A stretch of 64,000 nt of DNA from the NCBI GenBank assembly GCA_030682575.1, contig JAUXNX010000014.1:3839-67838 (forward strand). Reading direction: 5' to 3'. A model generated the notes under the pieces. The model made no database searches and was not told the origin of the DNA. It saw nothing but the letters and a program-made list of their open reading frames with translations. Shown piece by piece: positions 21,217 to 29,985 of this stretch; the first letter of the stretch is position 1; every line of letters starts with the position of its first letter. This stretch comes from Gammaproteobacteria bacterium. GTDB lineage: Bacteria > Pseudomonadota > Gammaproteobacteria > Pseudomonadales > Pseudohongiellaceae. The position numbers and the translations under genes are program-made.

Positions 21217-21783
21217 TCAATGCTTTCCAGTATAGAAATCCGGAGCGTTGTCCTTCACAACAGGAGAGTCCTGAGCCCAGGCGTGACAAGTGTTCAGCAC
21301 CACGGGCTTCTTGCCCAGATGAGAAATGTCTGAATCGGGTTTGTTTGCGCGATGCTTCTTCAGTGGCATGATGGTCTGAAACGCCACCGTTGCCATTGGG
21401 TAGAGCAACTCAGTGATATGCGTGCAACCTGCTACCCCACCTACTCTCTCGCGAATACCTTCGCGCCAGCCAGGCCCCATGGTGAGTCCTTTCAGTGATG
21501 CATAGTTTGGAGCAATGTCAGGACAGATGGCGAAGGGACTGTTTTCGGTGGAGGCCTCTACTCTCTGTACGATGAAACTGCTGTCCACGGTCACGCGCAC
21601 CAGCATTTCGTGCAAGGCCATGCCAGGAGTGACTTCGCCGCGCCAGTTGTTGCGGAAGGCATAAGTCTTCGTGTCTGTCATGTGTGCTTCGATATCGAAC
21701 AAACCATCTTCGCGTTCGTAACCTTTGAAGGTTATGGCTCGAGTGTGGATGTGGATGCGTGGTGCAGGTGTTGACAAGGGCAT
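21217..21783 (-). CDS. DUF2889-domain protein
   Basis: 188 aa. The pattern ...GLFDIEAHMTD.K.Y....... and GVAGCTHITELL..MATVAFQT matches my recollection of DUF2889. Confidence 0.6.
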   Translation of the reverse strand: MPLSTPAPRIHIHTRAITFKGYEREDGLFDIEAHMTDTKTYAFRNNWRGEVTPGMALHEMLVRVTVDSSFIVQRVEASTENSPFAICPDIAPNYASLKGLTMGPGWREGIRERVGGVAGCTHITELLYPMATVAFQTIMPLKKHRANKPDSDISHLGKKPVVLNTCHAWAQDSPVVKDNAPDFYTGKH

Positions 21784-21912
21784 GGTGGAGACCTCTTCTG
21801 CCCGAATCGGTTTCAGAGCGACCGTCAGTGCAGAATTTTAACCGTGTTGGGAGGGCGCGGATTATAACCCGGTTACTGACAGCCCTGTAAATATTGGTCA
21901 ACTCCAGACAGA

Positions 21913-22656
21913 TCACAGAGTTTCTACCTGAACGTCCGCATATTCGTACAGAATCACCACGCTCTGAGGCCTGCCATCGTCGTTCGCGAGATTGCTCGTG
22001 CCTTTGAACATCACCAGTCGGCGCGACTCCAGATCATAGGCAAGCAGCAGCGGTTCCAAAAACCAACCGACGACGCGCAGCAGTCCGGCCGGTCTGATCA
22101 GCAGGCATAGAATATCTCCTTCTGCCTGCGCACACTCCTGACGGTCGACCGGGGTAATGCTGATGCGCACAGATTCCAGACGTGATGGGACATAGAAACG
22201 GGCTCCCGCCGAGCGTCCGGATCGAAGGGTCTCCCATTGACTGCGGACAAAGGGATCGAATCCAGCATCAATGACAAGCTCATTGCTTGGAACCAGCGTT
22301 TGCGATTCCAGCGCGCTGCCGCCGCGTTGAAAGCCCGTTTGCAGATAGTTATCGGCATAGCGGGCAAAGAAGCGTGTCTGTGACCGCAGGTCTGTTTGTT
22401 CAACCGCAGGGGCCGTGAGAGATCGGGAGTAGTCTATCTGTTTCCTGGCGATCACGCGCTCATCGTCGGCAATGTATTCGATGCGTCCTGAAAGGAGTTC
22501 CGTTGTTGGTGCCAGATAGTGGAATTCACGATATAGAAAGATGCCATCGTCTGCTGACCTGGCAGTGCCTGTAACCCAAGGGGCTTCTACAGCTAATGCT
22601 GCAGCATTGGTGATGATGATATTCATGCCAAGCATGAAGATAAGGATACGAATCAT
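21913..22656 (-). CDS. Secreted hypothetical protein
   Basis: 247 aa with a signal-peptide-like N-terminus (MIRILIFMLGMNIIITNAAALA). Its start overlaps the stop of the DUF2878 gene (4-nt overlap). I recognise no family. Confidence 0.4.
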   Translation of the reverse strand: MIRILIFMLGMNIIITNAAALAVEAPWVTGTARSADDGIFLYREFHYLAPTTELLSGRIEYIADDERVIARKQIDYSRSLTAPAVEQTDLRSQTRFFARYADNYLQTGFQRGGSALESQTLVPSNELVIDAGFDPFVRSQWETLRSGRSAGARFYVPSRLESVRISITPVDRQECAQAEGDILCLLIRPAGLLRVVGWFLEPLLLAYDLESRRLVMFKGTSNLANDDGRPQSVVILYEYADVQVETL

Positions 22657-23189
22657 GAGAGAATTTCCAGCGTCCTGTTAATGGCTAAACGCTCTACAAT
22701 TGATTCACGCAGCAGCAGAAGACAAGGAAGCACTATGGCCCACGCGGCACCTATACCAACGAGTGACAACCACGTCGGGACCATCATGTCGATGTCGGTC
22801 AGGCCTGCACCTACGCTGTACGACAGGGGGGCGAAGATGCCTGCGAATAATGCACTCACCAACAAGTGCTTCTGGAACCAATGCATGGCATAACCAATGG
22901 TGGTTGCAAACAGAAACCACAGGCAGATCATCCACAGAGGTTGAACAGCAGTAGCAGATTGCAGAAGGCCGATTTTCAGAAGTGCCAGATCAAACATGAA
23001 TCCCATGGTGCCTGCGCTGGACAGAAAGATGAGCTCCGTGCGCTTCTCTCTCACCGTCGCGAGATGAAAGATCAGGAAGACAATAGTCGTAATGACTGCC
23101 ACTCGGTTCCCTCCCAGTACGCACATGGGCCAGCTCAATTGAAATGCCAACCCATTCACAACAGCGTATTGTCTGTCGTTGAAAATCAT
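22653..23189 (-). CDS. DUF2878-like integral membrane protein
   Basis: ORF 22653..23252. The likely start is ATG 23189 (MIFNDRQYAVVNG...), 1 nt after the upstream stop. It has about 5 TM helices. Its position downstream of a CFA-synthase-like gene is typical for DUF2878. Confidence 0.5.
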   Translation of the reverse strand: MIFNDRQYAVVNGLAFQLSWPMCVLGGNRVAVITTIVFLIFHLATVREKRTELIFLSSAGTMGFMFDLALLKIGLLQSATAVQPLWMICLWFLFATTIGYAMHWFQKHLLVSALFAGIFAPLSYSVGAGLTDIDMMVPTWLSLVGIGAAWAIVLPCLLLLRESIVERLAINRTLEILS

Positions 23190-23190
23190 A

Positions 23191-24519
23191 TCAGACGTCC
23201 TGGGCTGCTGGCAGTCCAATGCGAGGTGTGTTTCTGAATTGCGGTTTGGCAATCAAAATCTGCGCTGTATGGATCACCCGCTCCATGAATCCACCCTGGC
23301 AGTACGCCAGGTAATAGTCCCACATCCGCATGAACTCGGTCGTGAAGCCCAGCGCCTGAATCTCTCTGCTTCGGTCGAGGAAATTGTGTCGCCAATGCGA
23401 AATTGTCAGCGCATAGTCCCGGGTGATGTCTTCCAGGCCGATGATCTGCATGTCGGTATCTTTGCTGACATGGTGTGCGATGACACTATTGCTGGGCAGG
23501 CATCCGCCGGGAAATATGTAACGTTGAATGAAGTCCACTGCGTACTTCGCCTTCTCGTAACGCTGGTCGGAAATCGTGATGGCCTGAATCAGCATGAGAC
23601 CGTCAGCCTTGAGTAGAGACGAGCACTTCCCAAAATAATTTGCGTAATACTCGTGTCCAACTGCTTCGATCATTTCCACAGAAACGAGCTTGTCATACTC
23701 ACCGTCCAGATCGCGATAGTCCTTCAGGAGCAGCTTGATGCGATCCTGAAGTCCCGCCTCACGAATGCGTTGTTCTGCAAACATGAATTGCTGCTGCGAC
23801 AGCGTGGTTGTGGTGACGCGACAACCGTAGCGACTGGCGGCATGAATTGCCAGCGAGCCCCAGCCGGTTCCGATCTCCAGCAGATGATCTTCGGGCTTCA
23901 ACTGCAGGCGCTCGCAGATATGCGTCAGTTTGTTCAACGACGCCTCGTGCAGCGGTGTGGCATCGGTCGGAAATATTGCTGCCGAGTACATCATGGTGGA
24001 ATCGAGAAACTGAGCGAAGAAAGTATTGCTCAGATCGTAGTGCGCAGAAATATTGCGGCGTGAACCTTCACGGCTGTTGGCGTTGAGACGGTGCATCGTG
24101 CGCGTGGCCAGTCTCTTGAACCAGGAGCGCTCGCCATCCACGCCATCCAGTACGTGCAGATTCAGAACGATGACTCTGACCAGCGTGATCAGATCGTTCG
24201 ATGTCCAGTTCTGATGCATATAGGATTCGCCGCAGCCGATGCTGCCGCCGCGGACAAGATCTGTATAGAACTCCTGGCTCAGCACCTGGATGTGTGCCGT
24301 GAGAGCATCGGGGTTGTCTTCACCGTAGCACTGCTGTTTGCCTTCGTCATCCAGAATGATTCTGCCTGTGCGTAGTTGCGATAGCACTCCAAGTACAAAA
24401 CTGCGTGCCCAGCGATCGAAGACTCCCGGTTTGCGCTGTGCTTTCGCAACGCGCGTAGAGGAGTGGTTCATCTCTGTACTTGCCTCAAGTCCGGCGGATT
24501 TCATGCTCACGGATTTCAT
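23191..24519 (-). CDS. Cyclopropane-fatty-acyl-phospholipid-synthase-family SAM methyltransferase
   Basis: ORF 23191..24852. The probable start is ATG 24519, forming an ATGA overlap with the DUF1365 stop. The SAM motif is LLEIGTGWGSLAIHAA. CFA-synthase-like blocks are HYDLSNTFF and MYSAAIF. Other matching stretches are EMIEAVGHEY and IFPGG.LPS. Confidence 0.85.
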   Translation of the reverse strand: MKSVSMKSAGLEASTEMNHSSTRVAKAQRKPGVFDRWARSFVLGVLSQLRTGRIILDDEGKQQCYGEDNPDALTAHIQVLSQEFYTDLVRGGSIGCGESYMHQNWTSNDLITLVRVIVLNLHVLDGVDGERSWFKRLATRTMHRLNANSREGSRRNISAHYDLSNTFFAQFLDSTMMYSAAIFPTDATPLHEASLNKLTHICERLQLKPEDHLLEIGTGWGSLAIHAASRYGCRVTTTTLSQQQFMFAEQRIREAGLQDRIKLLLKDYRDLDGEYDKLVSVEMIEAVGHEYYANYFGKCSSLLKADGLMLIQAITISDQRYEKAKYAVDFIQRYIFPGGCLPSNSVIAHHVSKDTDMQIIGLEDITRDYALTISHWRHNFLDRSREIQALGFTTEFMRMWDYYLAYCQGGFMERVIHTAQILIAKPQFRNTPRIGLPAAQDV

Positions 24520-25346
24520 GGGGTCAATTTCTCTCCTGTAATGATCTGGCTGTGTCCGAAGTAGGGGATGCGCTTTACCAGCAATTTCAAGGCCTGCCAG
24601 TAGATCGATAGACCTACCTTTGCCGTCATGAAGGGGTGGCGCAAGAGAATGCGATTGAGTGTCTGCGGAGTGATCTCCACGCGGCGCAGGCCCACGGTGG
24701 CATTGAATGCCTCTGTACCATCTTTCCAGTTCTGCAAATGAATACTGATTGATGTAGCGGGTGTCCTGCTTTGCCAGTGATAGGTCATATCCATGGGCAT
24801 GAAGGGTGAAACGTGCATCTGTTTGCTGAAGCTGTAGCTCTGGTGGCGGCAACCGGACTCGCAGGGAATCACATATGGGATGCGTTCATGCCAGGGGGTA
24901 TTGGTGACTTCCGCGACTATGTAGCGCAGGTTGTCCTCGTCATCGAAACAGTAATAGCAACTTATCGGATTGATCAGGTAACCGAAGTAGCGCAGATTGG
25001 TCAGCAACCTGATGGGCCCGTTCAACGTCTCGCCTGTAGCATTCTCAATGCATCGTCGCACCGCAGTATCCAGCGACGGAATTTCGGGAGACATGTAGTC
25101 GCTGCGTCGGAACCAGGCCAGATTGAAGCGGCGGGCAGACCAGAAGATGGCTCCCGAGAAAATGCGATCCAGTTCCGTCAGATCCAAATACATCATGAAT
25201 ACCTTGTAAGTGAATTCATGAGGTTTTGGAGAGAAGCGCCGGTGTCTCACACTACCCTCGAAAATTGCGCTCTTGAAAGTGTTCTGCTGGATGCTTGCCA
25301 TAATAGTGGTAGTCCGCTTTTGTTCTTCCCTGGCTTCAGCGGCCAA
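24516..25346 (-). CDS. DUF1365-domain protein
   Basis: 276 aa. IFEGSVRHRRFSPKPHEFTYKVFMMYLDLTELD is the hallmark DUF1365 N-terminus. An alternative start is ATG 25301. Confidence 0.75.
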   Translation of the reverse strand: MAAEAREEQKRTTTIMASIQQNTFKSAIFEGSVRHRRFSPKPHEFTYKVFMMYLDLTELDRIFSGAIFWSARRFNLAWFRRSDYMSPEIPSLDTAVRRCIENATGETLNGPIRLLTNLRYFGYLINPISCYYCFDDEDNLRYIVAEVTNTPWHERIPYVIPCESGCRHQSYSFSKQMHVSPFMPMDMTYHWQSRTPATSISIHLQNWKDGTEAFNATVGLRRVEITPQTLNRILLRHPFMTAKVGLSIYWQALKLLVKRIPYFGHSQIITGEKLTP

Positions 25347-25791
25347 TACGCTTGTTGATGTAGCGGATGATCCTGCCCAGCACTGGAAGGTGCTGATAGA
25401 TCATGGCACCAAGATCGTAGAAGTCTTCGTGGTAGTAAATCCTGTCGGTAAAGCGGATCTGGGTGATGCCCCGCACAGTCACCTCTTTGCCACCTGCCAA
25501 TGCCTGATTGCTGAAACGCATCAACCAAGTGATGGTGGCCCAGTTCTCTCCGCTCTGTTCGTCCGTGTACTCGAATCCGATGCCACTGGAGTTGGCATAC
25601 AGATTCTTCATGTAACCCTTCAGCGCAAGAATTCCCAGAATGGTGTGCAGGGGGTCGCGGAACTCGATGTCCTGAGTATAGATCCTGTCAATGCGCTCCA
25701 GGCTGGCCATCGAACCCTCCTGATAGAAGGACTTGAAGTCCTGAAGAAGGGCCTTTCTGCGATTGTCTGCCACTTGGCTGCTGTCGTTCAC
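25336..25791 (-). CDS. NTF2/SnoaL-like family protein
   Basis: 151 aa with a GTG start. F...Y......L..IY..D..F.DP is the NTF2-like pattern. It is the first gene of the operon that faces the ECF sigma gene. Confidence 0.6.
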   Translation of the reverse strand: MNDSSQVADNRRKALLQDFKSFYQEGSMASLERIDRIYTQDIEFRDPLHTILGILALKGYMKNLYANSSGIGFEYTDEQSGENWATITWLMRFSNQALAGGKEVTVRGITQIRFTDRIYYHEDFYDLGAMIYQHLPVLGRIIRYINKRIGR

Positions 25792-25878
25792 GGTGGTGGA
25801 TTCCTGTGCCTGTTGCTGGCGGTCATTGAGAACTCTGGCCCGGTTGAAGTCGGTGGTGCTTTACAATTCTGTATTGTC

Positions 25879-25904
25879 TACGCCAGCAGAGTCGGATCGG
25901 ATCA
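25879..25904 (-). promoter_or_regulatory. ECF (RpoE/ChrR-type) promoter-like motif TGATCC-N16-CGTA facing the NTF2-DUF1365-CFA operon
   Basis: The reverse strand reads TGATCC gatccgactctgctgg CGTAG, about 85 nt upstream of the GTG at 25791. It has the same architecture as the motif at 25982..26007. Confidence 0.5.
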
Positions 25905-25981
25905 AAGTGTTGGACGGGTAGATAGAACGGGAGACACCTCCTTGCCCTCCTCGATCAGTCAAGAAAGAGTTTGCACTGTTC

Positions 25982-26007
25982 TGATCCAGAGAGCAGGCTG
26001 CAGCGTA
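25982..26007 (+). promoter_or_regulatory. ECF (RpoE/ChrR-type) autoregulatory promoter-like motif TGATCC-N16-CGTA
   Basis: The plus strand reads TGATCC agagagcaggctgcag CGTAA, with 49 nt between the CGTA and the sigma-factor start (26057). I recall TGATCC as the -35 element of ChrR-linked ECF sigma factors. Confidence 0.5.
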
Positions 26008-26056
26008 AACCCACTCAAACAAGGCTCTTGCAGAGCAAATATAGACAGGAATTTCC

Positions 26057-26668
26057 GTGACAGGCAGCGACGACATCAACAGCAGGAAAGCCGCTTCCGG
26101 GTGGGGCACGCAAACAGTGCCTGACCCTTGGGAGGCGGGTCTGCGCAAAGTGGCGCAAGGCGGTGATCGCGCGGAATTCCGCAAGATCTTCGATCACTTC
26201 GCGCCTCTTATAAAAGCCTTTCTGATGAAAGGTATGTCTGCATACGCTGATCGCTCGATGGCCGAGGAGATGACACAGGAGGTCATGCTCAAGGTGTGGA
26301 ACAAGGCAGCCTCGTTCAATAGCGGCAAGGCGAGTGTCAACACCTGGATATTCACGATTGCGCGGAATACCCGTATCGATTTCATTCGTCGGAATGAGCG
26401 CGCAGACCGCAGCATCGACATAGAGGACATCTGGCATGAAGCGGATTCACCGGAGCCACTGGTCGATCTGCAGCAGCGACGGGTGGAGGCGGTTATCCGC
26501 AACGCACTTTCCACATTACCGGAAGAACAGGCGCTGGTGCTGGAGAAAGCCTTCATTGACAGTAAATCACACAATGAAATTGCAGAAGAACTGGATTTGC
26601 CATTGGGTACCGTGAAATCGCGAATCAGACTCGCACTGAACAAACTGCAAATCCTTATTGATCGATAA
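26057..26668 (+). CDS. ECF sigma-70 family RNA polymerase sigma factor (RpoE/ChrR group)
   Basis: 203 aa with a GTF-free GTG start. Region 2 is ...EEMTQEVMLKVWNKAASF......NTWIFTIARN..IDFIRR. Region 4 is LPEEQALVLEKAFIDSKSHNEIAEELDLPLGTVKSRIRLAL. A ChrR-type anti-sigma gene follows. Confidence 0.85.
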   Translation: MTGSDDINSRKAASGWGTQTVPDPWEAGLRKVAQGGDRAEFRKIFDHFAPLIKAFLMKGMSAYADRSMAEEMTQEVMLKVWNKAASFNSGKASVNTWIFTIARNTRIDFIRRNERADRSIDIEDIWHEADSPEPLVDLQQRRVEAVIRNALSTLPEEQALVLEKAFIDSKSHNEIAEELDLPLGTVKSRIRLALNKLQILIDR

Positions 26669-26684
26669 ACGTACAGGTAAGCAC

Positions 26685-27437
26685 ATGATTTCCTATCATC
26701 CTGACTCAAGATTCCTGACTGACTTCGCTGCGGCCAATCTGCCTCTGTCGGAAGCAGTATGTGTCTCAGCGCATCTGGAGTTCTGCGGTAAGTGTCGAGC
26801 GCACGTCCAGCAGCTTGCAGACATCGGTGGACACATGCTCTCTCGGCTGCAGCCCCAGGAGGTCGAAAAGACCAGTTTCGAGCGTTTGATGTCGCGTATC
26901 GGTAGCGGTGATGGAGCGCAGCAGGCGGTAGCCGATGCCATCCTGCCGACGCCTTCTGTAGCAGCATCGGAACCAGTGGTGGCGGTGGAAGAATCTTCCA
27001 GGGCGAGCGCTGCAGGGGTCTTCCTGCCTCGTGCTCTGCGTCGACTTTCAGCAGGAGGTCTCCATAATTTGAGCTGGGTCCAACTGGGTAATGCGCTGCG
27101 GGTAGCGCCAGTCAGAATTTCCGGAGATGTCCGCGAGACCGCCATTTACGACATCAAGGCTGGCGGCAGAATGCCTGAACACGAGCATCGGGGCGAAGAG
27201 ATTACAGTCCTGCTCAAGGGCAGTTTCTCCGATGCCGAGGGGAGTTACAATCGGGGTGACTTCGTGGTGCGCAATGCCGGTGAGGCACACCAGCCAATGG
27301 CCACGCAGGACACAGACTGCATCTGTCTGGTGAGTCTGGAGAAACCTGTGCGTCCACGTGCATGGTTCTACCGACTGTTGGAGCCTTACGTGCAATATCG
27401 ACTGCAAAAGACGCTTGAGCAAAATACCGCATTCTGA
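26685..27437 (+). CDS. chrR: ChrR-family anti-sigma factor (zinc-binding ASD + C-terminal cupin)
   Basis: ORF 26658..27437 starts at TTG; ATG 26685 is more likely (MISYHPD...). The ZAS motif H-x3-C-x2-C is in SAHLEFCGKCRAHV. The C-terminal cupin has PEHEHRGEEITVLLKGSF. Confidence 0.8.
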   Translation: MISYHPDSRFLTDFAAANLPLSEAVCVSAHLEFCGKCRAHVQQLADIGGHMLSRLQPQEVEKTSFERLMSRIGSGDGAQQAVADAILPTPSVAASEPVVAVEESSRASAAGVFLPRALRRLSAGGLHNLSWVQLGNALRVAPVRISGDVRETAIYDIKAGGRMPEHEHRGEEITVLLKGSFSDAEGSYNRGDFVVRNAGEAHQPMATQDTDCICLVSLEKPVRPRAWFYRLLEPYVQYRLQKTLEQNTAF

Positions 27438-27508
27438 TCACGGCGGTTTGTCTGATCCTGTTATGTTCGCCTGTTGTGCCCGACCTTATCTGCGTAAAGT
27501 GCAGCGCT

Positions 27509-27535
27509 GGCCGCCCAATGGGCGGCTTTTTCTTT
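27509..27535 (+). terminator. Rho-independent terminator after chrR
   Basis: ggccgccc aat gggcggc followed by tttttcttt. Confidence 0.7.
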
Positions 27536-27619
27536 GGTGTCGCAGGTTCGCTCGGGCATAATGCCTCCATCAAATATTCAACGACCAACCCAAATCAGCT
27601 ACATACAAGGAGCAACTCC

Positions 27620-27901
27620 ATGGCATCAGCTACCGCCAGACATATACTCGTAGATACCGAAGCAACGTGTCTGGAACTGAAAGCAAGAATCGAGGCAGGA
27701 GAAGATTTTGCAGCCATTGCCAGGCAATACTCTTCCTGCCCTTCGCGTCAGCAGGGCGGCGATCTGGGGCGTTTCGGGCCGGGTCAGATGGTAAAGGAAT
27801 TCGACAAGGTCGTGTTCAGCGCAGAGCCCAACACCGTGCAGGGACCAGTGCGAACGCAGTTTGGCTATCACCTTCTTGAAGTTACAAGTCGCACAGAGTG
27901 A
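27620..27901 (+). CDS. ppiC: Parvulin-type peptidyl-prolyl isomerase
   Basis: ORF 27476..27901. The real start is ATG 27620, preceded by aagga. The 93-aa product MASATARHILV.....C..L...I..G.DF..IA...S.CPS...GG.LG.F..G.MV.EFD..VF resembles PpiC. Confidence 0.85.
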   Translation: MASATARHILVDTEATCLELKARIEAGEDFAAIARQYSSCPSRQQGGDLGRFGPGQMVKEFDKVVFSAEPNTVQGPVRTQFGYHLLEVTSRTE

Positions 27902-27923
27902 TTATGAACAGACCCGATAAACG

Positions 27924-28586
27924 ATGACTTCCCCTCAATCAGATTATGGTATTGACGATGTTGTGCTGACGAGTCGCGCAGCCGGTTATCGGGGGTTCTT
28001 TGCCATCGACAAGATCCGGTTGCGGCATAGATTGTTCGCGGGCGGATGGAGTCGGGACTTCGAGCGCGAACTGTTTGTGCGTGGCCCCGCTGCAGGAGCT
28101 CTGCTTTACGATCCGGTTCTCGACAGGGTCGTGTTGGTGGAGCAATTTCGTATCGGTGCCATGGAGAGCGCTCAGCGCGATGGCAAGAGCCCTTGGTTGC
28201 TGGAAATCGTGGCGGGCATCATCGATCTGGGCGAATCTCCAGAGGAGCTGGCAAGGCGCGAAGCAGAAGAAGAGGCTGGCTGCGTGATCAGTGCAATGGT
28301 ACCCATTGCTCAGTACTACAGCAGTCCGGGTGGCAGCAGCGAGCTAGTCAGCCTGTTCTGTGGTCGGGTGGACGCCAGTAGCGCTGGGGGTATCCACGGC
28401 GTTGAGGAAGAGAACGAAGACATTCGTGTGGTTGTGCTATCGTCAGATGAGGCATGGCAGGCCATGCTGGATGGTCGGATGAACAATGCGATGACGATCA
28501 TTGCCATGCAGTGGCTGGCCATTAACAAACAGGCGCTCAGGCAGCGCTGGACATTGAGTGCACAGGCAGAAAAACGTGATGAATAA
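27924..28586 (+). CDS. nudF: ADP-ribose pyrophosphatase (Nudix)
   Basis: 220 aa. The Nudix box is GIIDLGESPEELARREAEEEAG. Its position upstream of DUF1249-cpdA matches nudF/aspP in other gammaproteobacteria. Confidence 0.8.
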   Translation: MTSPQSDYGIDDVVLTSRAAGYRGFFAIDKIRLRHRLFAGGWSRDFERELFVRGPAAGALLYDPVLDRVVLVEQFRIGAMESAQRDGKSPWLLEIVAGIIDLGESPEELARREAEEEAGCVISAMVPIAQYYSSPGGSSELVSLFCGRVDASSAGGIHGVEEENEDIRVVVLSSDEAWQAMLDGRMNNAMTIIAMQWLAINKQALRQRWTLSAQAEKRDE

Positions 28587-29160
28587 CAAGCAATACGTTA
28601 TCAATCTGAGTCGCCAGATGGCGGACTGCGACGCCAATTATATTCGTTTACTAAAGCTGATGCCTGATCTAGAATCTTTCCGAATTGCATGCCTTGAAAG
28701 CCTTGCCAATACTGCTTTGGGTGGCAACCATGAAGGCGCGGTTCCAGGCTTCCGAGTGAGGGATTTTTGCAGTATCGGCGCGATGAATTCAGATACTGAT
28801 TGCACAAGAGAATTCGTCATAGCGTCACCCGTTGGCGAAGGGGAAGAAACCAGGGTCCGGATCAGTACCTTGGAAGTCTTTCGCTACACAAGCACTCTTG
28901 AAATCGTGCAACTGACCAGAGTCAGCCGCTGGATCAGTCCTCCGGGCATTCTGGTTCGTCTCTATCATGACGCGGCTACAGCAGAGGCTGTGGCCTATCA
29001 GGGGCATCGGTCTTTTTTGGCAAAATACGCGACACCTAATTCAAAAATGTATCATCAGGATGAGAAGAGACAGATAAACGAATTCCTGGGTGAATGGCTG
29101 AGTCTGTGCATACAGGCCGGTCGAAGTCTCAAGGCACCAACATTCATCTGTGCTGCTTAA
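28579..29160 (+). CDS. DUF1249 (YqiB-like) protein
   Basis: ORF 28558..29160. The likely start is ATG 28579 (MNNKQYVINLSRQMADCDANYIRLLKLMP...), overlapping the nudF stop by 8 nt. Its position between nudF and cpdA is conserved. Confidence 0.6.
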   Translation: MNNKQYVINLSRQMADCDANYIRLLKLMPDLESFRIACLESLANTALGGNHEGAVPGFRVRDFCSIGAMNSDTDCTREFVIASPVGEGEETRVRISTLEVFRYTSTLEIVQLTRVSRWISPPGILVRLYHDAATAEAVAYQGHRSFLAKYATPNSKMYHQDEKRQINEFLGEWLSLCIQAGRSLKAPTFICAA

Positions 29161-29163
29161 ATT

Positions 29164-29982
29164 ATGAACAGAGAGCAAGCGGATACTCCGTTGAGAGTGG
29201 TACAGATCACCGACAGCCATCTGTTTCGTGACCCCACGGCTGCGCTTCTGAAACTCAATACTCAAATCAGTTTTGACCTTGTGCTTGAGCTGGTGCAGCG
29301 CAAGGAAGAGAATATTGATCTGATCCTGGCGACTGGTGACATTGCTCAGGACGCTTCCATGGAAGCATATGTGCGTTTCGGAGCTGCGATGGAGCAGCTT
29401 GGCGCACCTTTCTACTGGATTCCCGGCAATCATGATCGCCGCGCGGTGATGGAGAAGGTGGCAGCGCACAAGGATGCGTTCATCAATCTTGTGAAATCAG
29501 GCAACTGGCAGATTGTCATGCTGGATTCGAGTATTGTGGGGGAAGTTCACGGCAATCTGGCACCTGAAGAATTGCAGCACCTCGAGTCTTGTCTGCAGGC
29601 AGCGCAAAATGACCCCGCCATCGCACATACTCTGGTGTGTCTGCATCACAACCCTGTCCCGGGGAGTGCCCTGTGGATGGATGGCATAGGCCTGCACAAT
29701 GACGAAGAGTTTCTCGCCATCGTGGATCGTTTCAAGACAGTGCGTGCCGTTGTATACGGACACATTCATCAGGAGCTCGACTTCTTGCGCAAAGGTGTGC
29801 GCTACTTATGCACCCCTTCCACCTGCATTCAGTTCAAGCCGGATGTGGAAGACTTTGCACTCGATGATCTGAACCCTGCCTATCGTTGGTTCGATCTGCA
29901 TAGGGATGGCAGTATCATCAGCGGTGTGGAACGGGTGACGGGACACGTTTTCGACGTGGATCACAGCTCCACGGGTTACTGA
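29164..29982 (+). CDS. cpdA: 3',5'-cyclic-AMP phosphodiesterase
   Basis: 272 aa. Calcineurin-like metallophosphoesterase motifs are present: QITDSHL, TGDIAQD, PGNHD, LHHNP, GHIH. Confidence 0.85.
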   Translation: MNREQADTPLRVVQITDSHLFRDPTAALLKLNTQISFDLVLELVQRKEENIDLILATGDIAQDASMEAYVRFGAAMEQLGAPFYWIPGNHDRRAVMEKVAAHKDAFINLVKSGNWQIVMLDSSIVGEVHGNLAPEELQHLESCLQAAQNDPAIAHTLVCLHHNPVPGSALWMDGIGLHNDEEFLAIVDRFKTVRAVVYGHIHQELDFLRKGVRYLCTPSTCIQFKPDVEDFALDDLNPAYRWFDLHRDGSIISGVERVTGHVFDVDHSSTGY

Positions 29983-29985
29983 CTG

